Part shown: piece after piece, positions 8,431 to 15,840 of the stretch
Position numbering within the stretch: position 1 is the first letter of the stretch
How the letters are laid out: each line of letters begins with the position of its first letter
DNA from: a virus
Virus record (IMG/VR): IMGVR_UViG_3300025520_000001
Coordinates: 1 to 64,000 of that record
DNA length: 64,000 bases
Reading direction: 5' to 3' (one strand)
The notes under the pieces: generated by a model
What the model was told of the DNA's origin: nothing
What the model saw: only the letters and a program-made list of their open reading frames with translations
Database searches by the model: none
Position numbers and translations under genes: made by a program

Positions 8431-9567
8431 TTACTTCTTGTCCACACCAGTCGCGCGGTTCACCTTGATGTTGCTCTTCATCACGGCGATGAGCTCGGGG
8501 TGATCCTTGACGAACTGGTTGAGGAAGTCCGACATGCGACCCTTCGCCACGGCGTAGCCGCAACCCTTGATGAGGTTGGCCGTCTGGTCGGCGGGGATAA
8601 TCTTCGCGACCTCGACCATCGTGTCCTCATCGATCTGGTCCGGCGTGCACTTCTCCTTCTTGCCGCCGTAAGCCTTGATGATGGAGTCGACGGTGACCGG
8701 AATCATGTCGCCACGGTACGTATCCTGAGCGCAGTGTTCCTTCAGGCGCTTGATCGCACCCTTGCGGTCCTTGAGGAGCTCCTGGGCGGTGACCGGCGCC
8801 TGATCGAAGCAGTACGAGTGGTACTCGTTGCCGATGTCCTTGCCGAGGATGCCGCACACCGTGATGCGGTGGAGCATGCGATTGTTCTGGCTGAGGCCGG
8901 CGCGTTCAGCAGCATTCACCTTGCTCCAGGTACGGGGCGAGATGTACTTGCCGTTCTGACCGAGCTCCTTGGGCGTCTTGTACACCCAGACACCGTTGCC
9001 GACGAAGCGCTGGATGTTGGCGTCCCAGTTCTTCTGCTCCATGAACTCCATGAACGTGAGCGCGTCGTACTCGACTTCGAATTCTTCGAAGCGGTCCTTA
9101 AGCGCCGCATCCATCGTGTTCACGTCGTACTCGGACGAGTCCGGGTTGACGCACGCAGCGATCATCCAGCCGGGCGGAAGGGTGTAGTTGTGAACCTTGC
9201 GGTCCGTGAGGAGCTGCATGAGGCAGTTCATGACGCCCGTCGTGCCGCGGTTCGGTTCCTCGAGGAGGATGAGACCGCTGCCGCTCGTCGGCCAGAACTC
9301 AGGGAGTCGGTGGCACGTGCGTTCGATGCCGTTGGCATCCTTGCTCGTCTCGGGGAACCCGATCAGGTCGGGAGCTTCGAGATACGCGATGCGGAGGTCG
9401 AGAAACCCGAACTTGGGGTCGATTTCACGCTGCTTGCCGACCCACTGCTGAACGATCTGCGACTTGCCGAGACCGGCGTCGCCCGTGAACATCGGGTTGA
9501 CGATTTCACCGATCTCGTTGGCCTTCTTTGCGAGATCGAGCACTGCATTGATATTAGATGGCTTCAT
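8431..9567 (-). CDS. MoxR-like AAA+ ATPase (AAA_5 type)
   Basis: 378 aa. Walker A FTGDAGLGKSQIV; Walker B LILLEEPNRG. Confidence 0.85.
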   Translation of the reverse strand: MKPSNINAVLDLAKKANEIGEIVNPMFTGDAGLGKSQIVQQWVGKQREIDPKFGFLDLRIAYLEAPDLIGFPETSKDANGIERTCHRLPEFWPTSGSGLILLEEPNRGTTGVMNCLMQLLTDRKVHNYTLPPGWMIAACVNPDSSEYDVNTMDAALKDRFEEFEVEYDALTFMEFMEQKNWDANIQRFVGNGVWVYKTPKELGQNGKYISPRTWSKVNAAERAGLSQNNRMLHRITVCGILGKDIGNEYHSYCFDQAPVTAQELLKDRKGAIKRLKEHCAQDTYRGDMIPVTVDSIIKAYGGKKEKCTPDQIDEDTMVEVAKIIPADQTANLIKGCGYAVAKGRMSDFLNQFVKDHPELIAVMKSNIKVNRATGVDKK

Positions 9568-9719
9568 TTATCTTGAGTTTCCTTACTGCGGGTTTGTACA
9601 ACGTGTTGTCATCGTTTCGGAAAAGAACTACGGTACAACTGCAACATACAAGGCCTTATAATATCTAGGCTTTGTGAACACGTCTTGCGTCTTATGCGTA
9701 ATCATCGTTTCGGAAAAGT

Positions 9720-10100
9720 ATGAGCATCACTCAATGTTTCATGGAGTACAATCAGACTATGAGCAAACTCACAATTACAGATGATCAAGAGATAATTGTT
9801 GCTGCGCTTGACACTGCTTTGCAGCAAGCACTTCTAGAGGGCGTGCAGGATGGTGGTGCTAACCCGGTACTCAGTGCTATGCAAGGCTACAACGATACAG
9901 CGATTCAACCTCAACAGGCTGCGATTAAGCTTCCCTTTAAGTCACTAGCGGCTGCTCTCATTGCTGTCATAAATCTGCGAAGAGCATTACCCACTGGAAT
10001 ATCTACCACTGTAGCTTTAGCAAAGCTCACTCCAATGGGGGTAGACGGTTCGCTTACATTTGTGGACGGTATACTCACCGCAAAGGTAGATCCTACTTAA
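9720..10100 (+). CDS. hypothetical protein (plus strand)
   Basis: ORF track 126 aa; alternative ATGs at 9741 and 9759 (GGAG upstream). Divergent from the MoxR gene. Confidence 0.5.
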   Translation: MSITQCFMEYNQTMSKLTITDDQEIIVAALDTALQQALLEGVQDGGANPVLSAMQGYNDTAIQPQQAAIKLPFKSLAAALIAVINLRRALPTGISTTVALAKLTPMGVDGSLTFVDGILTAKVDPT

Positions 10101-10357
10101 CTCTTAACCTTTGGTAGATATTTTAAGAGACTAGTCGGCAATACAGCAAAGTTAATAGTCTTTTCAGAGAGCTTCTTCTCTTTCTTCGCCTTAGATTCTG
10201 AATAATATAGAGCGCCTTCAGCCAAGGACATCATGGATGCTCCTGCTGTCTGAGTAGGATTGACCTTGTGCTCTTCCTCTACTGGTTCATTGGCAGGACA
10301 TTTAGTAATTTTGCCGCCTCTGGCTAAAAATTCTTCTACTGTTTCACGTTTTGACAT
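10097..10357 (-). CDS. hypothetical protein with GGKITKCP motif
   Basis: 86 aa. EEFLARGGKITKCPANEP is shared with 39260..39499. Confidence 0.6.
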   Translation of the reverse strand: MSKRETVEEFLARGGKITKCPANEPVEEEHKVNPTQTAGASMMSLAEGALYYSESKAKKEKKLSEKTINFAVLPTSLLKYLPKVKS

Positions 10358-10389
10358 TATCGCTCCTTATTTAATAATAACTTGAGATA

Positions 10390-10833
10390 TTAATACTGAC
10401 AATAAGGCGCGACGCCAAAGTCTTTCTCAAGTTTAAGCCACTTGGCATTTTCGCACATCTTACGATGCTGATTGCGACCACCGGTGCGCGTTTCAGTCAT
10501 GTATGCATGCAGAAGTTCATGAAAGATACTCTCAGGGACAGAGCTCTTGACACGAATTAAACGCTGTTGAGGCTCAATCTTCGCGCTGGCTCCAGTCACG
10601 TCAATTCCTCCCCAAGTGTACTCCACACGCCAGGAGTCATTTAGAGGACCAGCGGCTTGCTGCCACAGCAGTTCATATGCGCTGTTAGTTACGCGAAGCG
10701 CATCTTGACACGTAAGAACACTGTCGGCTTTTATGTTGACAGCCAATACATCTACATTGCCGCAGTAGACATAATCTGCATTCAAGGTAGCACAACCAGC
10801 GAATAGAAGAAGACTGCTCAACAATAGCTTCAC
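10390..10833 (-). CDS. lipoprotein zinc metallopeptidase (candidate)
   Basis: 147 aa. Lipobox LLLFAGCATL; HExxH IFHELLHAYM. Confidence 0.65.
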   Translation of the reverse strand: MKLLLSSLLLFAGCATLNADYVYCGNVDVLAVNIKADSVLTCQDALRVTNSAYELLWQQAAGPLNDSWRVEYTWGGIDVTGASAKIEPQQRLIRVKSSVPESIFHELLHAYMTETRTGGRNQHRKMCENAKWLKLEKDFGVAPYCQY

Positions 10834-11180
10834 TGGGGATCCTCAGCTTCGAGAATAAACTCATCAAGCTTATCAGGATCTTCTGCTAAGAAGAAATAGT
10901 CAATCTTGCGCTGTTCGTGCCACTCTTTGAACTCTTGCTGGATGCTACCCTGAATATAGTTCAGCTTGCCGTCTTTACTCTGCATGTACAAGTCGACGCG
11001 ACCCTTATAGTGGGGCGATTTAATCGCTTTGATGCGGCCATACTTTGTATTGCTGGAGTTGGTGCAACGAACCCACTCAGGTGAGAACCAGTAATTCACT
11101 CCACGCTTGGAGACGTGGTCGGGATCTCGCAGAGGCGGATTTGGAGGGGGAATACTTTTTCCTGTTTTCTTAGTTACCAT
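10830..11180 (-). CDS. hypothetical protein
   Basis: ORF track 116 aa; 4-nt overlap with 10390..10833. Confidence 0.7.
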   Translation of the reverse strand: MVTKKTGKSIPPPNPPLRDPDHVSKRGVNYWFSPEWVRCTNSSNTKYGRIKAIKSPHYKGRVDLYMQSKDGKLNYIQGSIQQEFKEWHEQRKIDYFFLAEDPDKLDEFILEAEDPQ

Positions 11181-11358
11181 GCTCGTCTCCTTTCTCTATA
11201 ATAGAATCTAATGCAACTGTGGTAGCTGCAACTCCATATTCAGCTACTAGAGCTTTAAGCTGTGACTCTAAACTGGATTTTGGAGGAGGCTTGTTTATTC
11301 TTTCTAGGCGTTCACTTAAGTTATCAAGACACGCTTGAATGAATTCGTCTCCAACCAT
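11170..11358 (-). CDS. hypothetical protein
   Basis: ORF track 62 aa; overlaps the next gene by 11 nt. Confidence 0.55.
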   Translation of the reverse strand: MVGDEFIQACLDNLSERLERINKPPPKSSLESQLKALVAEYGVAATTVALDSIIEKGDEHGN

Positions 11359-11500
11359 TGCGTCTCCTAAAGAATGAAGATAGCGGAAAAAGAACTATGG
11401 CCCCAGCGGAAGTGACCGAATACAACATTTGTACCGCGTGGTGCACAGGCTATGGTGGGAGCAAGTTTCTTTCTGCCCTTTGGGCAGCCGCTATCTTCAA

Positions 11501-11572
11501 AGCGGGCGGCGGGAATCGAACCCGCGACATTCTGCTTGGAAGGCAGAAGCTCTACCCCTGAGCTACGCCCGC
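11501..11572 (-). tRNA. tRNA-Gly: tRNA-Gly (anticodon UCC)
   Basis: Minus-sense GCGGGCGTAGCTCAGGGGTAGAGC..TCTGC-CTTCCAA-GCAGA..GCGGGTTCGATTCCCGC-CGCCCGC. Canonical cloverleaf folded by hand. Confidence 0.9.
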
Positions 11573-11893
11573 ATCTTCTTCGACCAGCTGATCAAATTCA
11601 GCGTCGACTTGATCCTCTTGAAGTTTAACCACTTTAGATTTCTTTTTAGACTTCTGCGTCTCTTCAACTGGAATAAAGATTTCCAACGGAAGGGCAACAA
11701 CACTACCATACTTACCAACGTTTAGAAGGATGTCCACGTAGATGCCATCATCGAGGTGATGAATTCGGGGCTGACCTGCATGGCAGAAGCCATCTTCTCC
11801 AAGGCCGTCTAGAATCGTCTCTATACCATTCTCGCGCATGCGAACCTTCACCTGTGGCAATCTATTCCAGCTGTCGTCTAATGAGTCTGACAA
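11552..11893 (-). CDS. hypothetical protein
   Basis: ORF track 113 aa; the last 21 nt overlap the 5' part of tRNA-Gly. Confidence 0.6.
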   Translation of the reverse strand: MSDSLDDSWNRLPQVKVRMRENGIETILDGLGEDGFCHAGQPRIHHLDDGIYVDILLNVGKYGSVVALPLEIFIPVEETQKSKKKSKVVKLQEDQVDAEFDQLVEEDAGVAQG

Positions 11894-12093
11894 GTTCTTG
11901 CTCCCTTCTTTTTCTATTTGAAAAATAATCTCTATTTAAAAATAATTCTTTTGCGTCCACGGACGTCTTGATTGTTATTAACCGAAGATTGGCCAGAAGC
12001 TGGAAAAGTAAATACGTGGCGTTATATGGCAAAACAGACTCGCCATGCGAGTGAAATAAGCGATCAAGTCGATCTTGCATTGGGCTACATTTA

Positions 12094-12447
12094 TTAGTCA
12101 CTATAGGATTCTTGGCCAAGAATATTCTCGCTTGTAGAGAAGTAGACAACCTTAATCTTCGTGGCTTTAATAGCAGCTTGACAGGACTTACATGGCTTGC
12201 TCATACCAAACTTCTGACTCTTGAGAATACGAACGACGATGAGTTCTTCAACGTCATCTCGAGCGTCGTGTGCCACTCGCTTAAGTGCGCGAACCTCAGC
12301 ATGCTGTCCACTGCCGTAGTGATTACAGGCCTTTGCAAGAATCCGGCCGCCATTGCCAATGACGATTGCGCCATGGCGATGCCTGCCTGTACTCTTGAGC
12401 GCCTCTTTATAGGCAGCTTCAACAAGCCTATCAATTCGCTTACTCAT
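12094..12447 (-). CDS. dCMP / cytidine deaminase-family zinc enzyme
   Basis: GQHAEVRAL (HAE) and SKPCKSCQAAI (PCxxC). ATG at 12447 overlaps the upstream stop (ATGA). Confidence 0.8.
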   Translation of the reverse strand: MSKRIDRLVEAAYKEALKSTGRHRHGAIVIGNGGRILAKACNHYGSGQHAEVRALKRVAHDARDDVEELIVVRILKSQKFGMSKPCKSCQAAIKATKIKVVYFSTSENILGQESYSD

Positions 12448-12722
12448 TCGCTGCTCGCATAGTCCATACAAGACACAGAACAGTAGCCGCATTCCTGCGC
12501 TGCCCGCTCATGTCTATCTCTAGTCGTATGGCCCTTATAGGGAAAGCTGCACTGCTTGCAAAGCGGCTCCTCTTCATCATCAGCTTCCACTTTGGTCCGT
12601 GAGGTGCGCTTGTTGGCCTCTTTCTTGAGGTCCTTCTCGACATAAGACTTGGTCGCGCCCTTGATAATGTTGACCATGTTGTAGTCACGGCCGGTGTAGG
12701 GCTTCTTGTTCTTTGGCTTCAT
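12444..12722 (-). CDS. hypothetical basic protein with C-terminal Cys cluster
   Basis: ORF track 92 aa. CKQCSF...CGYCSVSC. Confidence 0.6.
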   Translation of the reverse strand: MKPKNKKPYTGRDYNMVNIIKGATKSYVEKDLKKEANKRTSRTKVEADDEEEPLCKQCSFPYKGHTTRDRHERAAQECGYCSVSCMDYASSE

Positions 12723-13423
12723 AAATCCTTAGGGTTCCACTTGTGGACGCCAGCGCGGTAAGGCCAATACTTTCTTCTTAAAGCTTTAAGGTGCTGCTTC
12801 TTCTTGGCCGCGGAAAATTCACCTATGCGCTTGCAATGCTTGCACGGTTTGATAACTAGAATACGTTCGGTGGAGCGCATTTTAGCCATTAGCCGTTTAT
12901 TTTTGCTTCTAAAAACCTTGTGGCCGTTTCCTAAGCATTTAGGGCATTGATGGTCATCAGGTTTTGAGTTTATCCAGGCTTTTTCAAAGGCGTAGTTAAT
13001 TCGTTTAGCTTCCGCCCAGTCCTTATATACCTGATCCGTCTCTGGACAACTGTGCTTAACTCCTGCTGTGGAAACTAATCTGAAGCGCCCATTTTCGCGC
13101 ACCCACAGGAGGTTAGTCGCCTTACAGTACTTACACCTACCAGCACTTATGTCAGTTATATCTGTTTCGCCATTTTCAGTGCAGGTATGAGGCAAGCCGT
13201 ATTGCTCGACAAGCTGAAAATAATATCCGTGACGCACCAGATTCAGGTCGTTACGACCACATTTGAGGCACCAACCCGGGAAGATGTCCTCTTTTGTACT
13301 TTGACACTTGTGGTGTTGACCCGGCTTGTTTTTAAGGATTAAAACTGGCTTCTTCTCGAAGAAATCCCAGCTCCAATGCGCATCTGCGCCACAATGGCGA
13401 CAATTAGTAAGATTCATCTGCAT
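12719..13423 (-). CDS. multi zinc-ribbon repeat protein
   Basis: ORF 12719..13663 trimmed to the ATG at 13423 because the upstream part reads through tRNA-like sequences. Three CxxC-(27-30)-HxC repeats plus CPKC / CKHC. Confidence 0.65.
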   Translation of the reverse strand: MQMNLTNCRHCGADAHWSWDFFEKKPVLILKNKPGQHHKCQSTKEDIFPGWCLKCGRNDLNLVRHGYYFQLVEQYGLPHTCTENGETDITDISAGRCKYCKATNLLWVRENGRFRLVSTAGVKHSCPETDQVYKDWAEAKRINYAFEKAWINSKPDDHQCPKCLGNGHKVFRSKNKRLMAKMRSTERILVIKPCKHCKRIGEFSAAKKKQHLKALRRKYWPYRAGVHKWNPKDL

Positions 13424-13431
13424 CCTCTTTT

Positions 13432-13510
13432 GACTCTCGGCGGGAATCGAACCCGCAACCCTCGGCCAAGATATGGCCAGCGCTCTTCCAAACTTGAGAC
13501 GTACGAGAGG
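13432..13510 (-). tRNA. aberrant tRNA-like sequence (loop ATATCTT; identity unclear)
   Basis: Canonical T-arm GCGGGTTCGATTCCCGC. Acceptor CCTCTCG/CGAGAGT has a 1:72 mismatch. 79 nt, bulged D-stem, anticodon hairpin TGGCC-ATATCTT-GGCCG. Confidence 0.35.
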
Positions 13511-13517
13511 TACTCTA

Positions 13518-13595
13518 CGGATAGACAAGAGAATCGAACTCTTGCTAGAGGGTCCTAGTATGCTTCTAGGCGTTTCCGGAAATCCAGCTCTATCC
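13518..13595 (-). tRNA. aberrant tRNA-like sequence (loop AAGCATA; no canonical D-arm)
   Basis: Acceptor GGATAGA/TCTATCC; T-arm (C)AAGAG-TTCGATT-CTCTT(G), i.e. 6 bp or with an extra G; anticodon-like hairpin CCTAG-AAGCATA-CTAGG. Confidence 0.3.
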
Positions 13596-13598
13596 TGT

Positions 13599-14597
13599 TT
13601 AGCGGCCGAAGCCGACTTCACCTTTTTCTTCGAAGTTCTTCTTGAAGAGCTTCGAGTGGTCAATCATTTCCTGCACGACCTCAGCGTAGGACTTATCATG
13701 GAGCAGACTGCGAACGGCGATCTCTTCGAGGTGGGCAACAGAGAACTTCTCAGTTCCCTTCTTGCCAATGCAGGCCTTTTCTTCATCAGTAAGATCGCGC
13801 TTCGAGATGAAAGCCAAGAGGCGAATCTTCTCTTCATGCGAAGGCGGCTCAAGCTTGATGAGTCGGTCGAATCGACCAGGTCGGTCAGCCAGAGACTGCA
13901 AGAGGCTCTCAGGGTGGTTGGTCGTCGCCACAATGAACGTAGGGAGCTTGAACGTCAAGCCGATACCATCGAGGAGATTCAGCAAACCAGAATTGACGCC
14001 CTGGGCACCCCGGTATTCACCGGGCTCTCCTCCCCCAATATCCTCGAGGATGAGGATGACGCGGGTGCACTCGGCAGTATACTGCGCCTTATGGCTGAAG
14101 AAGTGAACAATGCTGTCCGCTTCAATTTCCGAAGTCGGCCAGAGCAGAACCACGGTGCCCGGATCTTCCGCCGCAAAATCAACGCAGAACTTCTCAATGG
14201 AGGAGGACTTGCCGAGTCCGGGCGCCGAGTACAGCAGCACGCCACGCTTCTTGGGACGATTGAGCTTCTCATAAACCGAGAGTTTATTGAAGAAGCCACG
14301 AGCTTCAGAAATGATCGCTTTCGTGCTGCTCACATCCTCGAGCAGATCACGCTTCTTAAACTCGACTCGAGAGGTCTGGAGACCAGTGGCCGTCTCCACG
14401 AGCGTGTGGAAGCCCGGCTTGATGTCAACCTTCTTCTCTTCCTGATTCGTCTGATGGGAGAGCTGGATGATGTCCGTTCCGTTCTGAAAACAGAGGTCGC
14501 TCTCCGCGAGTTCCTTAACCTTGCCCGAAATCAAGTCCTGAAACGATGTAATACTTTTAACTTCAAACTTTCCAGTGGCTTTAGTCACTTTACTCAT
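13599..14597 (-). CDS. classical-clade AAA ATPase (FtsH/Cdc48-like module)
   Basis: 332 aa. Walker A LLYSAPGLGKSS; Walker B VILILEDIGGG; second region of homology ATTNHPESLLQSLADRPGRFDRLIKLEPP. Confidence 0.85.
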   Translation of the reverse strand: MSKVTKATGKFEVKSITSFQDLISGKVKELAESDLCFQNGTDIIQLSHQTNQEEKKVDIKPGFHTLVETATGLQTSRVEFKKRDLLEDVSSTKAIISEARGFFNKLSVYEKLNRPKKRGVLLYSAPGLGKSSSIEKFCVDFAAEDPGTVVLLWPTSEIEADSIVHFFSHKAQYTAECTRVILILEDIGGGEPGEYRGAQGVNSGLLNLLDGIGLTFKLPTFIVATTNHPESLLQSLADRPGRFDRLIKLEPPSHEEKIRLLAFISKRDLTDEEKACIGKKGTEKFSVAHLEEIAVRSLLHDKSYAEVVQEMIDHSKLFKKNFEEKGEVGFGR

Positions 14598-14611
14598 GTC
14601 CTTTCTTGTTG

Positions 14612-14794
14612 TTAGATTTCAACAAACCGTTCCAAGCAATACCATCGTCTATTCACTTTAGCGAACTTTTCGGTCATATGGTCATGACGTTCACCGTCGA
14701 CCATATGACGATAATAATCGAGCGGCAGCTCATCCAGATATTTATCTGGATGCAAAGCACGTACTGTGATTTTCTTTGGGTCGTTAGTGTGCAT
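14612..14794 (-). CDS. hypothetical protein
   Basis: ORF track 60 aa; abuts 14795..15088. Confidence 0.5.
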   Translation of the reverse strand: MHTNDPKKITVRALHPDKYLDELPLDYYRHMVDGERHDHMTEKFAKVNRRWYCLERFVEI

Positions 14795-15088
14795 TCAGTT
14801 CTCAGCTAGAAACTCACGGTGTCCGTGATCAGTGACAATATTCAACTTGATGCGCTCAACGGGAAGAATTGCCCACTCGTATTCTAGCAATTGAATTCTT
14901 TGTTCGGATGAGAGAACTGCGAGCTTGGCTTGCAGCAAGCGTGCTTGTTCAGGAGACTGCCTCATCACCTTGATCTCTTCTGCTGTAATGAGCCTCTCTT
15001 GTACGAAAAAGCCGAGAAGCTCTTCGTACACAGGAGAGAGCTGTTCGAGCCGCTTAAGACACTCGATTTCACGCTTAGTGTTGCGCAT
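14795..15088 (-). CDS. hypothetical protein
   Basis: ORF track 97 aa. Confidence 0.6.
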   Translation of the reverse strand: MRNTKREIECLKRLEQLSPVYEELLGFFVQERLITAEEIKVMRQSPEQARLLQAKLAVLSSEQRIQLLEYEWAILPVERIKLNIVTDHGHREFLAEN

Positions 15089-15300
15089 TATAACCTCACT
15101 TTGAGTGGGATACTTTCGTCTTTGGTGAGATCATAGTCATACTTAACTGCTTCGGCCCCAAACTCCCAAGCATCGCGGCCGAGCTCTCTACCACTTGGTC
15201 CTTCTCCCACATATTGCTGCTTGTGATCCCACAACATGAAGACGTTCTTCTCAGGGTCGAACCTTACGGTGTACGTCTTCAGTGTATATTGTGGGATCAT
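15088..15300 (-). CDS. hypothetical protein
   Basis: ORF track 70 aa; 1-nt overlap with the next gene. Confidence 0.6.
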   Translation of the reverse strand: MIPQYTLKTYTVRFDPEKNVFMLWDHKQQYVGEGPSGRELGRDAWEFGAEAVKYDYDLTKDESIPLKVRL

Positions 15301-15320
15301 TTACCTATTATCCTTCGAAT

Positions 15321-15554
15321 TTAGATTCCGCATACTGCTTGTAGGCGAGCGCCGTGGTCTTTGTGCAACACAAGCGGATAAACGTATCGCTTGTGTCCTA
15401 CTTTAATACGACAAGTCAGATGTTCAGGCCCACTAACAAGCCAACTAACGAAGATAAGCAGGCCAAATAAGAGAATAGTAAGCCCTATTCCCGCCATGAT
15501 ATCTCGCCCTCTTATTTGACCTCTTAGGATAGCCTCGAAGAGAAAGGGATTCAT
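15321..15554 (-). CDS. small membrane protein
   Basis: ATG at 15554 inside ORF 15321..15587 (which starts at GTG). TM helix GIGLTILLFGLLIFVSWLV. Confidence 0.55.
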   Translation of the reverse strand: MNPFLFEAILRGQIRGRDIMAGIGLTILLFGLLIFVSWLVSGPEHLTCRIKVGHKRYVYPLVLHKDHGARLQAVCGI

Positions 15555-15558
15555 AGGA

Positions 15559-15840
15559 TCAATCGCACTTAATTGCGATGAACTCACTGATATAGTTAGT
15601 GAGCACCATGGCTTCCCAGTCTACGCCGTCTTCCTGCGCAATGAAGATTCGGCACTGGCCACTACTGGGCAGGGTACCAAACGTCTGTTCATAATTCCTG
15701 ATATCGTCAAAGTTAAGACCATCGAGTTCTAACGAGAACTGCTCTTCGTCCTCGAAGGAGAACTTCTCGCATTGCTTCCAGTGTGAATGACGAACACCAG
15801 AGAGACGCTCCAATTCCATCTTGATGCTATCGGAACCCAT
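15559..15840 (-). CDS. hypothetical protein
   Basis: ORF track 93 aa; 1-nt overlap with the ligase gene. Confidence 0.6.
   Translation of the reverse strand: MGSDSIKMELERLSGVRHSHWKQCEKFSFEDEEQFSLELDGLNFDDIRNYEQTFGTLPSSGQCRIFIAQEDGVDWEAMVLTNYISEFIAIKCD

Noticed and set aside
8500-9576. 358-aa plus-strand ORF antisense to the MoxR gene. Similar long antisense or alternate-frame ORFs lie at 6969-7535, 13473-14615, 38469-39273, 41627-42349, 45942-46595, 34342-34986, 58825-59433 and 62481-63002.
   Set aside because: They occur only opposite GC-rich minus-strand genes with clear motifs. Their products are low-complexity (Arg/Ala/Leu/Val-rich) and they lack RBS context. This is the typical stop-codon-poor antisense artefact of GC-rich coding DNA.
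9609-9726. A 17-nt direct repeat tcatcgtttcggaaaag (9610-9626 and 9702-9718) as a possible iteron or origin.
   Set aside because: There are only two copies. Each contains the CCGAAA box seen upstream of many genes, so tandem promoters in the divergent MoxR / 9720(+) region seem the simpler reading.
11862-12149. 95-aa ORF bridging the gap between 11552-11893 and the deaminase gene.
   Set aside because: It overlaps both neighbours. An internal ATG at 12080 would give a 72-aa product with no RBS or recognisable motif, so it is too weak to list as a feature.
12719-13663. Long ORFs reading through tRNA or tRNA-like genes: 12719-13663, 44092-44484, 31745-31975, 11429-11725 (+) and 31199-31435 (+).
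   Set aside because: The extensions translate structured RNA genes. Internal ATGs with proper context give shorter CDSs, and the plus-strand ones have no support.
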